The notes beneath the pieces are model-generated. The model saw only the letters and a list, made by a program, of their open reading frames with translations, had not been told where the DNA came from and did not search any database. From Chromera velia (lineage: Eukaryota): a stretch of 64,000 bases of DNA. The stretch covers positions 1 to 64,000 of the forward strand of contig JAHBMJ010000521.1 in assembly GCA_018398765.1 (NCBI GenBank). Direction: 5' to 3'. Every line of letters starts with the position of its first letter. Positions within the stretch are counted from its first letter, which is position 1. The translations under genes were made by a program, and so were the position numbers. Positions 1 through 12,399 of this stretch are shown here, one piece after another.

Positions 1-807
1 CCCCCCCCCCCCCCCCCATAAAATGGCCACTGCCGATGCCGTTCCCCATTCCTCTGAAGAAACCGCTACGCCCCCTCTGTCTGCTACCCCACCCCTGGGC
101 CTGACCCTCAAAAATATTGGGCGGCATCGTCACAGGGGCCGGCGGCGGCACAGAGACCGGTGCCGGTGGTGCACCAGCAACCGGACGCGGGTGGATCAAC
201 GCGCCGCCCCCCATTCCCCCTCCTCTAGAGGCCCACCGGGTGGCGGCGGCGCTACCACCACGCCCCCCACTCTGCGCCGCCGCAGACCCTCCACGCTTCT
301 TCTCAAACGTGGGGGGCGGTGGGGGTGCTGCTGCCGGTGTTGCTGCTGCTGCAGGAACAGGCGGAGCCGCTTGTGTGTGGGAGTCCCCTGCTTTCAGAGA
401 CGCCGTGAGCGAAGCGGGGGGGCAGACAGGGGCAGCCTTCGCGCCGCCGCAATTCGCAGTGCCCGTCCCCCCCGCAGGGCGCCGCCGCGTCCGTCTCCCC
501 GCCACAGGCCTTCCAGTCGCTATGCTTCCCGGAGCTCCTGCTGTCTGAGAGCTTGCCAAGCTCTCGCTTGCATAGGGTGGCCTTCTCGACCCTCCCTCTC
601 TTTCCCCTCTTTCTCCTTTGGTGCTTGCCAGATGCACCGCATTATTTTGTTGTTTCAATTTTCGGAGCTGGGCGGCGTCACGTGTCTGGGGCAAACACAA
701 ATGACAGTGGCTGCACAGCCAACCCTTCGAACAGGTATGCTTCGAGCAGTGCCAATAGCACCGCTTTCCCTGCATAAACACATCAGCACACACACACACA
801 CACACCG

Positions 808-839
<32 letters not shown>

Positions 840-2696
840 ACACACACACACATACACACACATACACACACACGCAGAAACATAAAATGAGGGTCTGCCT
901 CCCTCCTCGGTTCCTTCAGTAGAACAACTGAGGCGAAGAAAGGAGAGTAGCAAGAAAGTGAGCGAGTGAGTGAGTGAGTGAGTGAGAGTGCAAGAAAGTC
1001 AACAGAAAGACCGAATTAATGTCTTAGCATTACATGCAACTAACTGCCATGCAGGTAAGAGTAGTGCAATGAGCTGAAAGGGAGGGAGAGAAAGGACTAG
1101 CACAGAGACGCCAGCGAAAGACAAACACTTGCAGTGACCCTGCGTAGCATCCGCATTCCACCGAACTCATCAAAAAACACATGCATCAATCGCCTGTCAT
1201 GAAGACGACTGAATCATAAGAATGAAGATGCAATTGCCTGCCGACCCACCGGACACGAGACGTGTTGGTAGGATCTACACAGTCGATTGAAGCACGTGGC
1301 ACTGTGGGAATGTCCGAAGGAGCCGATACTCTGAAGGGTGCTCATGTAGGACAATTTGTCCGAGGGAATGTGGGGGAGCAGTTCTCGGAGGCGTTCAAGT
1401 GAGACAATCCGCCCCTCCGACGTCACTGCGAACGTCACGGGGATGCTCGGCACAGACCGGGATCGGCGCAGTTGTCGGCTCTCCTTCACCTCCTGCCACG
1501 ATCGCACAGCTATTACCTGCAGGAGAAGAGTCCGTCCAGATATGCAGAGAGAGAGAAAGAATAAACAAATGTCGACTCAGGCACTCCAGCGGAAGAAAAG
1601 AGAAGGATGTTCGGATTCTTTCCACCAGGTAGAGAAAGCGGATTGATCGATGCGGGAGGGAACCATCAAGAGGAACAAACCTTCTACTCACATGAACATT
1701 CAGGCAGCTCTCAGAGGAAGGAGGAATAGGAGGGAGGAAAAGATTCTCTAAAGCAGTGCGGGAGGGTGATTCAGAAAAAGGGAGGCTCCCTCCCCACGGT
1801 CAGAGGGTGATGGAGGCAGCAAAAAGACCCAGGGACAGCCTGGCAGAGAGAGGCATAGACGAATATATACAGGCAAAAGTGAGATCTACGTTTCCCCTTA
1901 CCTGAGCGCTGTGGGAGCGACAAATGGGTTTTGCTTCTGCATCTCCGCCTATTCGTGTTTTCCCTCTTCCTCTTCCCCCCTCAGGCCCAGCTACAAAAAG
2001 ACTGTCCTCAATACTCTTCAGACACACATGACCAGGCGTGCTTGCTTCCCCTCCGTGCTCTCCCTTGCTGGGTGGAGGTATAGACTTCAGCCTCTGCCGG
2101 CTGGAAGAAGAGGACGAGGAGGAGGAAGAAGAAGATGCAGAAGCAGAAGACGAAGCAGCAGCAACACGCAGTCTGCTTGATGAAGAGGAACAGGAAGCAA
2201 CCGCTACGGGCGCTTCGGGGGTCACGGCTGCAGCCGCATCGTTTCCCTCACCTTCTAACACGGGAGGGGCACCATCTGGGTCTTTCGGGTTTGTGGACGC
2301 TTCCTCCTTTTCTGTGTCTTCTTGCGGTTGCGCTTCTGATTGTTGTGGGGACTTCACATCTTTCCCCTCTTCTGCTTTTGCGTCAGGTGATGGATCAGCG
2401 ATGTGGAGGGTTTCCTCCTTCTCGGCTTCTTCTCCGTTTTCTATCAGCCGATTGACTGCGGAAGGAGAGGGGGGAGTGCCGGAGGATTCAACTTCACCCT
2501 CTTGAAGAAGAAACGAACCGGCGCAGACTGGAGAGGCAGCAGCAGGGGTGAGAAAGGACGATGAGAAGGAAGGGGGCTCCTCCTTCTCTCCCTCTCTTTC
2601 CCCTTCTGTCTCTGTGGGTGGATTACCCACTTCCTCTTTGGATTCTTCCTCTGCCTTCACTCTTTGCTCCTCTGCACCTCCAGACAACTCTGCCAT
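1..2696 (-). CDS. Cys/His zinc-finger (CCCH-like) protein with acidic low-complexity N-terminus; 3'-truncated by the window edge
   Basis: Phase-consistent GT-AG exons 2696-1902, 1516-1250 and 769-<1. The spliced product reads ...SIGSFGHSHSATCFNRLCRSYQHVSCP|GKRCYWHCSKHTCSKGWLCSHCHLC..., resembling the SxGS..H...C..C...C..G..C..CHxC finger common in alveolate proteins. Exon 3 appears open to base 1 and is absent from the ORF track. Confidence 0.7.
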
Positions 2697-3648
2697 TCTT
2701 GCTCCCTCTTTCTGATCGAGTCTCTATCTATCTCTAACTTTATGGACAAGACAAATACTCCGACGAGACGACTTTCACCGAGAAGACAGTTTCACGGCTT
2801 TACCAGAATGACGCGTGGAATGCTGTGTTGCGGGGGAACACACGTTCTGTGGCCTCACCTTGAATGCATGGACTGAAGTTGGTTCACCTTTTGGAGACAA
2901 CTTCAGGCAACAGATAACGCTGGTGCGGCAGGGCAGCCCGAGGGTCTCTGAAGCCGACAAACTCCTCAAACACGCAAGCTGGTACAGGACTTTTAGGTAT
3001 CACAAAAAAAGAAGACAAGTCTGCCAACGAATGAATCGAGTCTTTCACAGCACTTCGTCTTAATTATCACACCGCGGCCAGTCTGATCGACGAGATCAAA
3101 GATTCACGCAGTGTGGGGGGGGGCCGGGCCCCGGCATGCCCCGGCACACATCAGCATATATGCGTCGTGGGCACTGTCCCTCCGCGAGCGAAAAGATGCT
3201 TGAGGGGCACGAATTCAAGAAATTTCAAGAATCCTTAATTGCATGTCATGCAGCTCCGTCAAACCTTCCAAGATCTGTTGCCCGACAATTTAAATTCGCT
3301 GTTGCACAAAACAGAATGAACAGTGGATGTCAGAACGCGCCTTCTGATGAAAGTCACGAAACTCATTAAGACAAGAGGCCCTAAACTTCAAAGCGTCACG
3401 CCTGTGCAAGTACACAACGGGAAAATCTTCGCCAGCTTTTCCAGCTCGTCAAAAGGGAGACCCTATAGTTGAAATCATCAGACGCACAGACTGAACAGCC
3501 AGCACCTTTCTGCCTTAGCCCACAGAGTATAGAAGTGCAGTACCTCGTGGATTGGATTCTTTCCGGATAACGTGCTCTCTCTTTCTGTGAAGCCACAGAG
3601 GCAACGGACAAAGCAAGGAAGACAGGAGAATCCAGTACTGGAGACAAA

Positions 3649-6422
3649 ATGGAAACGGTATGGAAACTTTTCTTTACTTCGTGTGACTGTTTCTACCTCG
3701 CTTCCTGCGCGTACCTCCCGCTCCCTGTGTCTTCCTACTGGTCTCCTCTGAGAGCGTTCAGAAGTTTGTCATGTTCAGCAGCAGAGTGTCCGTGTGCCTG
3801 CGTGAGGGTCTAGGTTGGTGCTTGGGTTCACGCAACTTGTAGGGTGTTGCTGGTTGCGCTTCTCTCTGTTTGTTGAAGAATTGGCGTCTGGATCGAACTG
3901 CCCAGGTCGCTTCAGGTGCACAACAGGACATTGGTGTTGATCTTCCTTCGCTGGCCATACTGGAATGCGCGCGGGCAGACGAGACTGGAAAGGCAGTCTG
4001 GATATCTGTAGACGTGTTGGTGCGATGTGTTTTGTCCGTCCCCATCTCTATGTGTCTGCTCGTTTCTCCCTCAACTGAATGCAGGAACAATTGACAAATA
4101 CGGGCAGCACCAGCAGGGAGGACGACACTTACGAGACGAAATGGACTTGGTTGTTCTTTTTTGTGTTCCTCTCCCTGACCGGAGCCACAGTAGCTATTCT
4201 GTCGATGCAGGGAAATCCGTTTAAACTGGAACCTGCGTGCTCAGCAATGTGGACAGTCATGGCGGTAGGTAAGGAGGGTGGGGAATGGAAAAGGAGGAGG
4301 AAACTGTGCGAGAATGTCTGTCTCAATATCTAATTTGGAAGACCATGTGCTTGAGTGTGTGCAAATGTAGAAGTTATCACAAGAGAAGTCATGCAAACGG
4401 TAAGGGCACTGAAGGGTGGGTAGTGAGGGCAGAGTAGCGGTGGTGTTTGTATTGGTGAAAGCCTTAGTGAACTGCTTGTGTGTCGTACGCTTGAAACTCT
4501 CGATCTCGACCATCTCGATCCTGTCATTGCTTTGCCCATTTCTCTCTGTCTTCTGATCTGATCTCAGTATCTGCATTTCTGAACTTGATCTTCTGAGTGA
4601 GAGAAGGGAAGCTGCAACTATTCGTTTCACGTCCACCTGCTTCCGTCTCTTTGGGACAGCAGGCCTGATTATACAGAGAGAGATGTTCTGCACCCATACA
4701 CCATCCTTTTCCTTCTCTCTCTTTGCAGATAGCGGCGGCGGTACAGTTCGCATGGGGTCTTTTCATTTTCAGTTTCCTCCGTGTGCGAAAAGACGGCCCC
4801 CTCCGGTTTTTGGAATTTGTGCTTTTCGGAATCAACCGAGAGTGCGATAGTCCAGGAACACCTATGACTCTCGGCATGCTCACTCTGTCAGTCAGTTAGT
4901 CACTTAATTAGTCAGTCAGTGCAAAGTAGTGAGCCAGTCAGTCCGTCAGTCTGTCTCGTGCAGTCAGTCATTCAGTCAACTGAAGCATCGAGCGAGAAGG
5001 TCGCTGATCGGCTTGCCTGTGCCCACAGTTGGTCTGAAATTTTTGTGTGCACGTGCTGAAGGGAGGGATGTTACGCCCTGTGGCGTTTTCTCTCTCTCTC
5101 TCGCGCGCGCGCTCTGTCGTTACGTAGATGCACAGCTAGGTCCAAAATCATCCATCCATCTGACTGGTTTCTGTTTGTTTGTGCAGCGCGACGGTTGGTC
5201 TGATCGTGGCCTCCCTCTACACGTCTCTCAGCGAGGGCATGCTCGAACCTGAGTGCAAACGTGAGTGCGTGAGTGAGTGAGTGATGCAGTGGAGGAGCCG
5301 ACTGAGGCCTTCAGGCTGGCTGTGTGTCTGTCTCTCTGCGTGTGTCTGTCTGAAGAACTGAAAGGAAAGTGAAAGTGAAGTCCAGATTCGCAGTCGCAGT
5401 AAGTGAGAGACAGGGAGAATGGCAAAGCAAAGAAAGAACGACACAGTCTGTCTGTCTCGTGCACACTGAAAGACTTGGCTGATAGGTCTGACGGCCGGCA
5501 ATTGAGTTTCTTTCTTTGTCAACGCAAACAAGCAAGAAAGTCAGGCAGTTGCATCGAGTCTCTACTACTTAACAGGAAGACGAACGAAGGTGCACGGAAA
5601 CAAGAAGAAGAACGGCACATACTTGTTTTTAGCATGGCTGTAAGCGACATGAGTGCATGTACACATCTCATTTATTTATCGACTGAACCGTCCATTAATT
5701 CCGTTTTCTTTCTTTCATGTGCTGTTTCCTTCCTTCCTTGCAGCCACACTTCTGTGGGGAACGGTTGCCTACGGTGCTCTGTACTCAGTTCTGCTCCTAT
5801 GCTTTGCGATTGCCCCCATCGTGGACGACGCTGACGTCTTCCACGCGGTCTTCCAGGACCGGTGCGAGTGGTGCGAGTGCAGGAAGAGACGCAGACAGGC
5901 TGCTAGAGACGAGTCAGTCAGTCAGTCAGTTGGTGTGCGAGAAGAAGTCAATGATGCAGAGTGACGTGAGCCAGACGCCAGAGCGCTCTTCTGGACGCGC
6001 AGGCGAGCTGGCAGATGGGCTGGCAGAGAGAGAGACACGCCATTGAAGTCGTTCAGAAAAGCATAGAGGGGAGAGGGAAAGGGCAAGGGACGCAGGGCGA
6101 AGCACCGAAAGTGAGCAGGTGACACAGAAAGTGCGACAGAACGCCATTGCATGACAAGAAAGAAGGAAGCACTAGTGTTTCTGTTTGTGTGTAGAGTCCG
6201 GGACGTGCATTCTAGACATTTATTTCGTCTGTGTATTCCTCCTCTCTCTCTCTGTGTGTGTGTGTGTGTGTGTAAGTAAGTAAGTAAGGTTGCGTCTGCA
6301 TGTATGTGTTTATGTGTTTTTTGTTTTTGTGCTTCTCTCTCTGAATGTGTGCTTGCAGGTATGTGAAGAAACGACAGAAGGAAATTGCCTCCTCCTCCGG
6401 GCCCGTCACTTCTTCTTCCTGA
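3649..6422 (+). CDS. Small multi-pass (about 4 TM) membrane protein, function unknown
   Basis: Exons 3649-3657, 3879-4019, 4085-4264, 4729-4886, 5187-5260, 5744-5912 and 6359-6422 join in frame with GT-AG sites. Hydrophobic segments: WTWLFFFVFLSLTGATVAIL, MWTVMAIAAAVQFAWGLFIFSFL, MLTLATVGLIVASLYTSL, LLWGTVAYGALYSVLLLCFAIAPIV. The start exon is uncertain. Confidence 0.65.
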
Positions 6423-7553
6423 GAGGGGGGGAAAGAGAAGAGAAGAGAAAAGAAGAAAAGAAAAGAGGGGTATAATATAATTCAGCCAGCATGTTTGCTG
6501 GAGTTGGAAGGAAACTGGCTCGTTTGTTTTGCTGCTTCTGGGAAGAGGGGGGGAGGGAAGGGAAAGGGGGGGGGCCTGCCAGGGGACCGCACAGAGGCCG
6601 TCCGTCAATCCGCTTGATCCATTACAAGCCGCACGTACACTTTTCCTTCCTTCCATGCACCCGTTTCCCTTAATTCTCTCCATCTTTCTTTCTTTCCATC
6701 ATGGAAGGATCACTCCCTCACGCACTGAACTGATTCACTCACTCATTTGTTTTCCTCTTTCTTTGTTCGTCTGTCTGCGCTGTCTGATCGGATCAACGGG
6801 ATCCCTCGAGATAGAACGAACAGAAGAGTCGTCTCGTTGTCTCTTCGATTGCCTTCATCTTGTGCTTGCTGTGGCTGGTCGGTCTGTGGTTGCAAAGCAC
6901 ATGCAGAGGTAAGGAAAGATCACCTACAGCGTCAACAAAAAAAGGCAGGCAAGCAGTCACGACAGTGATCGATCAGGTACTGAATTCGTTGCCCTGCCTC
7001 CCAATCAACTGATCGAGAGAGGAGAGGTGGTCACAAGGCATGCAGTTTCGATCCATGCAGGCAGGGAGGGAGGTCCGGGTGGGCTTTGGGGGATAGCTTT
7101 GTGGCGTGGGGGGTGGGTGGGAAGGCATCGGCAGGCAGAGGGAAGGGCGGGGGGGGGGGTGGGAATCAAGTGGCTGCGTACGTGGCAGTGTTAGAGGCAA
7201 GCCGGATTAGATGAATGCAATATCTGTGAAGCGGTTTAATTGCATGACAGTTTCGCGGATGGTATTGAATGAACTTAAATCTGATAATTCTGCATGGCAT
7301 TCACTCTGAAATCATTGTAAAATGTTAACCAATTTTCCTTGACTGTTAGTTCTTGAGTCATCAACCCTAAAATTGATCTGTACGATGACAATCATCAGTG
7401 ATCATCACATGTACAATGTATAACTTTAAAATTTCTTTTACTTTATTTTTTTTATTTATAATTAAGTTTGATTAAAATCGAATTATACCTAGAATTATAC
7501 ACATTCATATTTTTTGTATGGGTTTCAAGGGTCCTACAGTTCTTAAAATACGG

Positions 7554-9200
7554 ATGATGATGATGATGTATGAGGTTAAAGCCGGTGAGCCATATAGGTT
7601 CTGGCTAACCTAGTATTTCCTGCATAGATTCAATCCCTCGACCTAGGCCCCACTGGGGCATTTACATGGATCAAAGCCTAGCTGGGGCGGAAATAGAAAT
7701 AGAAACGGAAGATAGCTCCACCCCCATGCAACCAGGGTTAAAATCCCCCTGCATTAAAACAAACTTGCAGTAACAAGGGAAACGACCGAAAGGGGAGACA
7801 AAACCAAAAGGGAGACCGAAAAAGTGATTCAAAAGAACGCGTCTATGTTAGACTGAGAAATGGTAAGGAGTGTAGTCTTTAGGGTAGGAACCCTACGGAA
7901 CACTTCCGTGGATACCGACTCCTGAAGAAGGACTCAGCTGCTGAGTATATATAGTTAGCAGCAAAGAAAAAATCCACACAGGATCAAACGAGACGCAGGC
8001 ACTTCACTTCCCTCGAGCTGACTAGACTGACTGGAGTACGTTATCTATGGTAGTCCTGTCAGTCTCTCCTGTCCTTCGGTAGGACCAGAGGTCAACTTCA
8101 TGAGGCACAATCTATTTTTTTCGAGGCAGTAATATTATAAGCAAAAAACAGGACGAGAAAAAGAAAGAGAAAGAAAAGAGAAAAGATAAAAAAAGATGAG
8201 AGAAGAGAAGAACAGAGAGATTGCCTAAAAAAGCCGTATCCACACTGCACAAGTGCGAGCACCCTACCCCCCCGCAGCGTCTGTACGAGCTCGAGCACGT
8301 CTTCCCCCACGCCCACGCAAGTATGCCATCCATGCCCCAACAGCCTGGACTTTAGTTGGGACCGTCCGTCTCACGTCTCTCTTCCTGTTACATCCTCTCA
8401 ACCCACCCCATACACCCAAATGGAGAAAGCAGGAAATAAACCATCTAGAGGTAATCAGATCAAGACTTTACTGTGTGCGGAGGCAATTTAAAATTGCCCG
8501 TGTGCCGGCAACAAGATGTTTCTCGAGGAGGAGTGTGAAAGTCTCCCTCATTTTCTTTTTGTTCTCGCTCACTGCTGTGATACTGAGCGTCTTAACTGTT
8601 GCTTCGCCATCTGTTGTGCCCACACGATCAAGTCCGACTTAAAGCGTACGTCTCTTACTTTTTCTAAAAGCCTATTCATGCATCCTCTTTCCATTTCTGT
8701 CCCTTTACATTCGGTCAACTTGTGAACAATGTCATTCAATTTGCTACATCCATGCATGTCAAGGGGGTAGTGCTTACACACAGACTCTACTTCCCCATTC
8801 AAAACTCCTCCCCCCCCCCTCCCAACAGCGCACGGGCAATCGGCTTGACATTGGCCTCTGAACAGAGCAGCCTCCTAGGGAGAGGTCTAACTATAGGAAC
8901 CCTTCGCCCGCTTGAGCCTGTCCATCCTTCCAAGATGAGACGGGCCAAGCGCTGTCTAGACGGATGTTCAATTTGGAAGACCGAAAGCCTCACTCCGTTA
9001 GGGAAAACACCCCCCCATCCTGCTTGCCTTCCCTTTCCCTGCCGGCCCTCTTTCTGCAGAGTACGGGAGGTTGCTATAAACCAGTTGTCCAACCATTCTT
9101 ATACCTCTCTACCCCTCCCTTTACTATATGAATAGTATGGTTTCTTTTCTTCAAAACTCGGTACCAGTGCATGACCAGCACTGGCAGTTTGTATAAGTTG
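7554..9200 (-). mobile_element. Decayed 3' fragment of a non-LTR retrotransposon (LINE ORF2 C-terminus, 3' UTR and (CAT)n tail)
   Basis: Broken minus-strand ORFs 9092-8799 (RQRLARLILEG...GRR...RPLPRRLLC) and 8802-8569 (VCKHY...NDIVHKLTEC) resemble the post-RT R..LARLR...GR....R.C region and the C-x2-C...H-x4-C knuckle of LINE ORF2. Frameshift in the G-run near 8810, in-frame stops, and a (CAT)n microsatellite end at 7554-7568. No RT core or target-site duplication is visible. Confidence 0.5.
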
Positions 9201-9711
9201 AGGTCTTCATGCAAACTTCAAATAAGTACTAGTAATGACGCAAAATTCTATAAAAAATGCTGCTAATTCCATCTGAGGCTATCAATAACAAAAAGTATCA
9301 ACAATGTAAAGTTTGTCTCAATTAATATAATACACACTTTTTTGTTTACAGAAGTCTCCCGTTCCCCCCGGGTCCCTTACGCCAGGCATTCGTTCCTGCA
9401 TGCCTGTACTAAGCTCGCTGGAACAATCGATCCGAACGCCCTACACACATGGTTCACGTGCAAGACTGAACAACAAACATGAAAGCACAAGGAAGTTTCT
9501 CAGGTGCGTTCACCATTCAAGTTGAAAACTTCAACTAATCCCGTGCTCAAAGGAGATCTCTTCTGAGCCAAACCGACCCCCCCTCTGCATGGATGAAGCT
9601 CCATGACTGACTTCTGGTGTCAAGTCGCATGCATGCATGGAATCTGCCCCTTTAACAATTAACTTTACCCCAACGGTGACAACTACAAATGTAGTTTCAA
9701 GTTTTTGAGAC

Positions 9712-9866
9712 GTCTCTCTCAACTCTATCGCATGCTTCTGGAAGCGCTGACTCAATCCAGAAAGACAGAAGAAACAGATTGGCACCACTCTCGTCCTTCT
9801 CTCTCAACTCTATTGCTTCTGGAAGCGCCGACTCAATCCAGAAAGACAGAAGAAACAGATGGGCAC
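9712..9866. repeat. Imperfect direct duplication, about 85-bp period
   Basis: CTCTCTCAACTCTAT..GCTTCTGGAAGCGCYGACTCAATCCAGAAAGACAGAAGAAACAGATKGGCAC occurs twice. Confidence 0.9.
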
Positions 9867-10733
9867 AGAGACATGCAAAAAAAAAAGATTCTGCCTGAGG
9901 GGCAAAAGTCTTTTTTCCCATCGCAACGAAATTCCTTCCACCTGATCGAATTGGTTGATTGCGTGCATTCAATTCATCTGGGAATACGCTGAAGGGGGGG
10001 AAGATGTCAGAGGCACACCAGAAACACTCCTTCATTCAGCAGAGATCGACTCTTGGATTCAGAACTAAAACAAAACACTCAGGCAGAGGTGTGTGTCGTC
10101 AGGAAGGGAGGGAGGTGGAATAACATGAATGCATGTTCTGCATGCAATCGGTCGGGATATCATGTGACGATCAGATCTTGCAGTGTGACGCATGCATGGA
10201 AGAAAGATATGCTGGCAGTCAATTTTCTTGCAGGCCGTGTGCAAGCGTGTGTGTCTGCCTAGCATCGTACTACGTCCTCTTGACAGAGGGGGGGAGAGAG
10301 AGGAGGAAAGGAAAATTGGCAGGAAAGGCAGTGAAAACCGAGAGTTCCTTCAGGCCCCTTGTACCGTCATGCATGCTGACTGAAGCTTGATTGCCCAAAT
10401 TTCAAGCTAGGGAGAACAATGACTTCGTTGCTGTGGTTCAACAAATTTGAATTAAGAAAGACCGGCTGATTGGTTGACTTGCTGCTTTGCTGTTTGACTG
10501 TTCAGGACCAAAAAACTTTCCAGTGGCCTGAAATAAGGACCAGGCAGGAGTCACAACTTCCAACTCCATCGCTTCCGCCCTGGAGTTGTGTCACTGGTTT
10601 CTGTGGAGGGGGGGTGTCCCGGGGACCTGAATTAGGGACCAGGAAGTAATCAGCCCAAAGAATGAATGAATGAATGAATGAATGAATGAGTGAGCTAGTG
10701 AGTGAGTGAGTGAGTGAGTGAGTGAGTGAATGA

Positions 10734-10769
<36 letters not shown>

Positions 10770-10927
10770 AAAAAGAAGAAAACAAAAAAAAAGAAAGAAA
10801 CGGATCATGGAGGGAAAAGAGGCATGCACGTTTTCTGACGGAAGGCGTGTGTCAACACAATGAACAACGAAGCAGAGCATCCATCTACGTACCCAAACAG
10901 GAAAATGTGTACAATGAAGTCGTTCTG

Positions 10928-10998
10928 TTTAGCTCGGCATGCCCGCCCCTGTGGCATATTCTGATTTAGCTCGGCATGCCAATCCTTGTGGCATATGC
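10928..10998. repeat. Short direct repeat, about 38-bp period, 2 copies
   Basis: TTTAGCTCGGCATGCC..TGTGGCATAT occurs twice. Confidence 0.85.
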
Positions 10999-11122
10999 CC
11001 ACCTCTCTCTTTTTCACCTTTACCGATCCCCTATCGTTTCACGTGAAAAAAAAAAAGAAGGGGACCTTTCTGTGGATCGAGAGAAACATTGTGAAACCTC
11101 TCTGCCTTTCTTTCTTTCACCT

Positions 11123-11905
11123 TTACTGATTGCCCGTTTCAGGGAAAAAAATGCTGGCGATCTGACGAGAGGCAGTCCTGTTCCCAGTACTGCCGCCTCC
11201 TCTTATCGTTGACTTTATGGGCTTCGGCGAACGCGAAGATATTTGGGTTTTGTTGGCCTCCTCTCCTTTTCTCTCAATAGAAGATGCCCTAACCGTTTTT
11301 TTTGTCTGTTCTGGTACCCTTTGGGTTTCCTCGTCTCTCTCTCTCCCTTTGATCTTCTTTTTCACGAATGTCTCAACACTTCTGCCTACCTCTGCTGCCT
11401 TAGCAGCACGAATGGGTGAGGCCGGGGAGGCGCCTTTTTCGTAGCACAGAACTGAAGTGATGGTCGTTTTGTGAAAGGACACCTGGGCAGAACGAGGAGA
11501 CAGAAAGGACACCTGGGCAGAACGAGGAGACAGAAAGGACACCTGGGCAGAACGAGGAGATGCAGAAATTTTATGAGAATGACGGGGCGAGTAGAGAAGA
11601 TGTTGCCGAAGGGGATCGTGTGACTTAGTCCTCTGCGGTGCGCACTGGGCGGCAAGTGGAGGACTTGGAAGCGTTTGACTCCGATTCAGATTTCTTGTCT
11701 CTCTTTCCTTCTCCTCTTCTTGATCGCTGAGTGGGCTTTCATCCTTTAGAAGAATGGGAGATAAGGGAGCAGACACACGTCTTGGGAAAGACAGCGGTGT
11801 GCTCCGAGTTGACCCAGGAGTCTGTGAAGCATCAGGCGAGGACTCTTTTCCTCCTCCACGACCGTGGTCGTTCAATTCGGAAGGGACTGTTTCTGGTCGA
11901 TTCAT
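11123..11905 (-). CDS. Hypothetical low-complexity Ser/Pro/Arg-rich protein; further downstream exons possible
   Basis: Open frame 12115-11123. A 5'-UTR intron is likely (donor near 12143, acceptor near 11926), with ATG of MNRPETV at 11905. Contains three in-frame SPRSAQVSF(L) units. Confidence 0.45.
   Translation of the reverse strand: MNRPETVPSELNDHGRGGGKESSPDASQTPGSTRSTPLSFPRRVSAPLSPILLKDESPLSDQEEEKERETRNLNRSQTLPSPPLAAQCAPQRTKSHDPLRQHLLYSPRHSHKISASPRSAQVSFLSPRSAQVSFLSPRSAQVSFHKTTITSVLCYEKGASPASPIRAAKAAEVGRSVETFVKKKIKGRERDEETQRVPEQTKKTVRASSIERKGEEANKTQISSRSPKPIKSTIRGGGSTGNRTASRQIASIFFPETGNQ
11473..11560. repeat. 30-bp tandem repeat x3 (encodes SPRSAQVSFL on the - strand)
   Basis: GAAAGGACACCTGGGCAGAACGAGGAGACA repeated, last copy 2 nt short. 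Confidence 0.95.
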
Positions 11906-12399
11906 CCTTCCAAGCTTCCCCGTGTCTGCAGATACAAACAGGAAGGAGTGGGAGTGGTGATGATGTTCCGAATTGTTTTTGAGGCAGCTGTTGCTAACAG
12001 CCTTTCTCTTGCATATTCTTGCATGTTGTTGTGTCGTTGACTGGCTGTGCATGAACGAATCCCGACTCATACCGCTCTTTCCTTCTAAGTTAAATCTTAG
12101 CGTATTACCCAGCACAAGAATGAGAGGCTGACTTGTTACGTACCTGGAGAAAGCACGGATATGCGAGGTGTTGACCTCTTCCTGGACGGTCGTTTCCGCT
12201 TGCGTGTTGCTTGGACCAATCCTTGACGAATAAGTTAATGATAGTCAAGAAGCAATTACAACTTCAAAGACCGTTTTATAATGTCGCGCTGCAACAGCTG
12301 TCTATTCCAGGGTGGACGTGGGTAGTCTGCATGGCTTTGGAGCCTGTGCATGCTGAGTTTGGTGTCCTCTTATAATTCTGACTTTGTATGAATATACAC

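Noticed and set aside
23..922. Plus-strand 299-aa ORF and other HTHT/CVCV ORFs
   Set aside because: These are antisense shadows of GC-rich exons plus microsatellite translation; splice signals support the opposite strand.
1236..1240. Non-canonical GC donor in the zinc-finger gene
   Set aside because: A canonical in-phase GTGGGT donor exists 12 nt earlier in the transcript (after 1250).
7360..7372. AACCCTAAA as a telomeric repeat
   Set aside because: It is a single copy, not an array.
11473..11560. 30-bp repeats as a CRISPR array
   Set aside because: The repeats are contiguous with no spacers, lie in frame in an ORF, and there are no cas genes; the context is eukaryotic.
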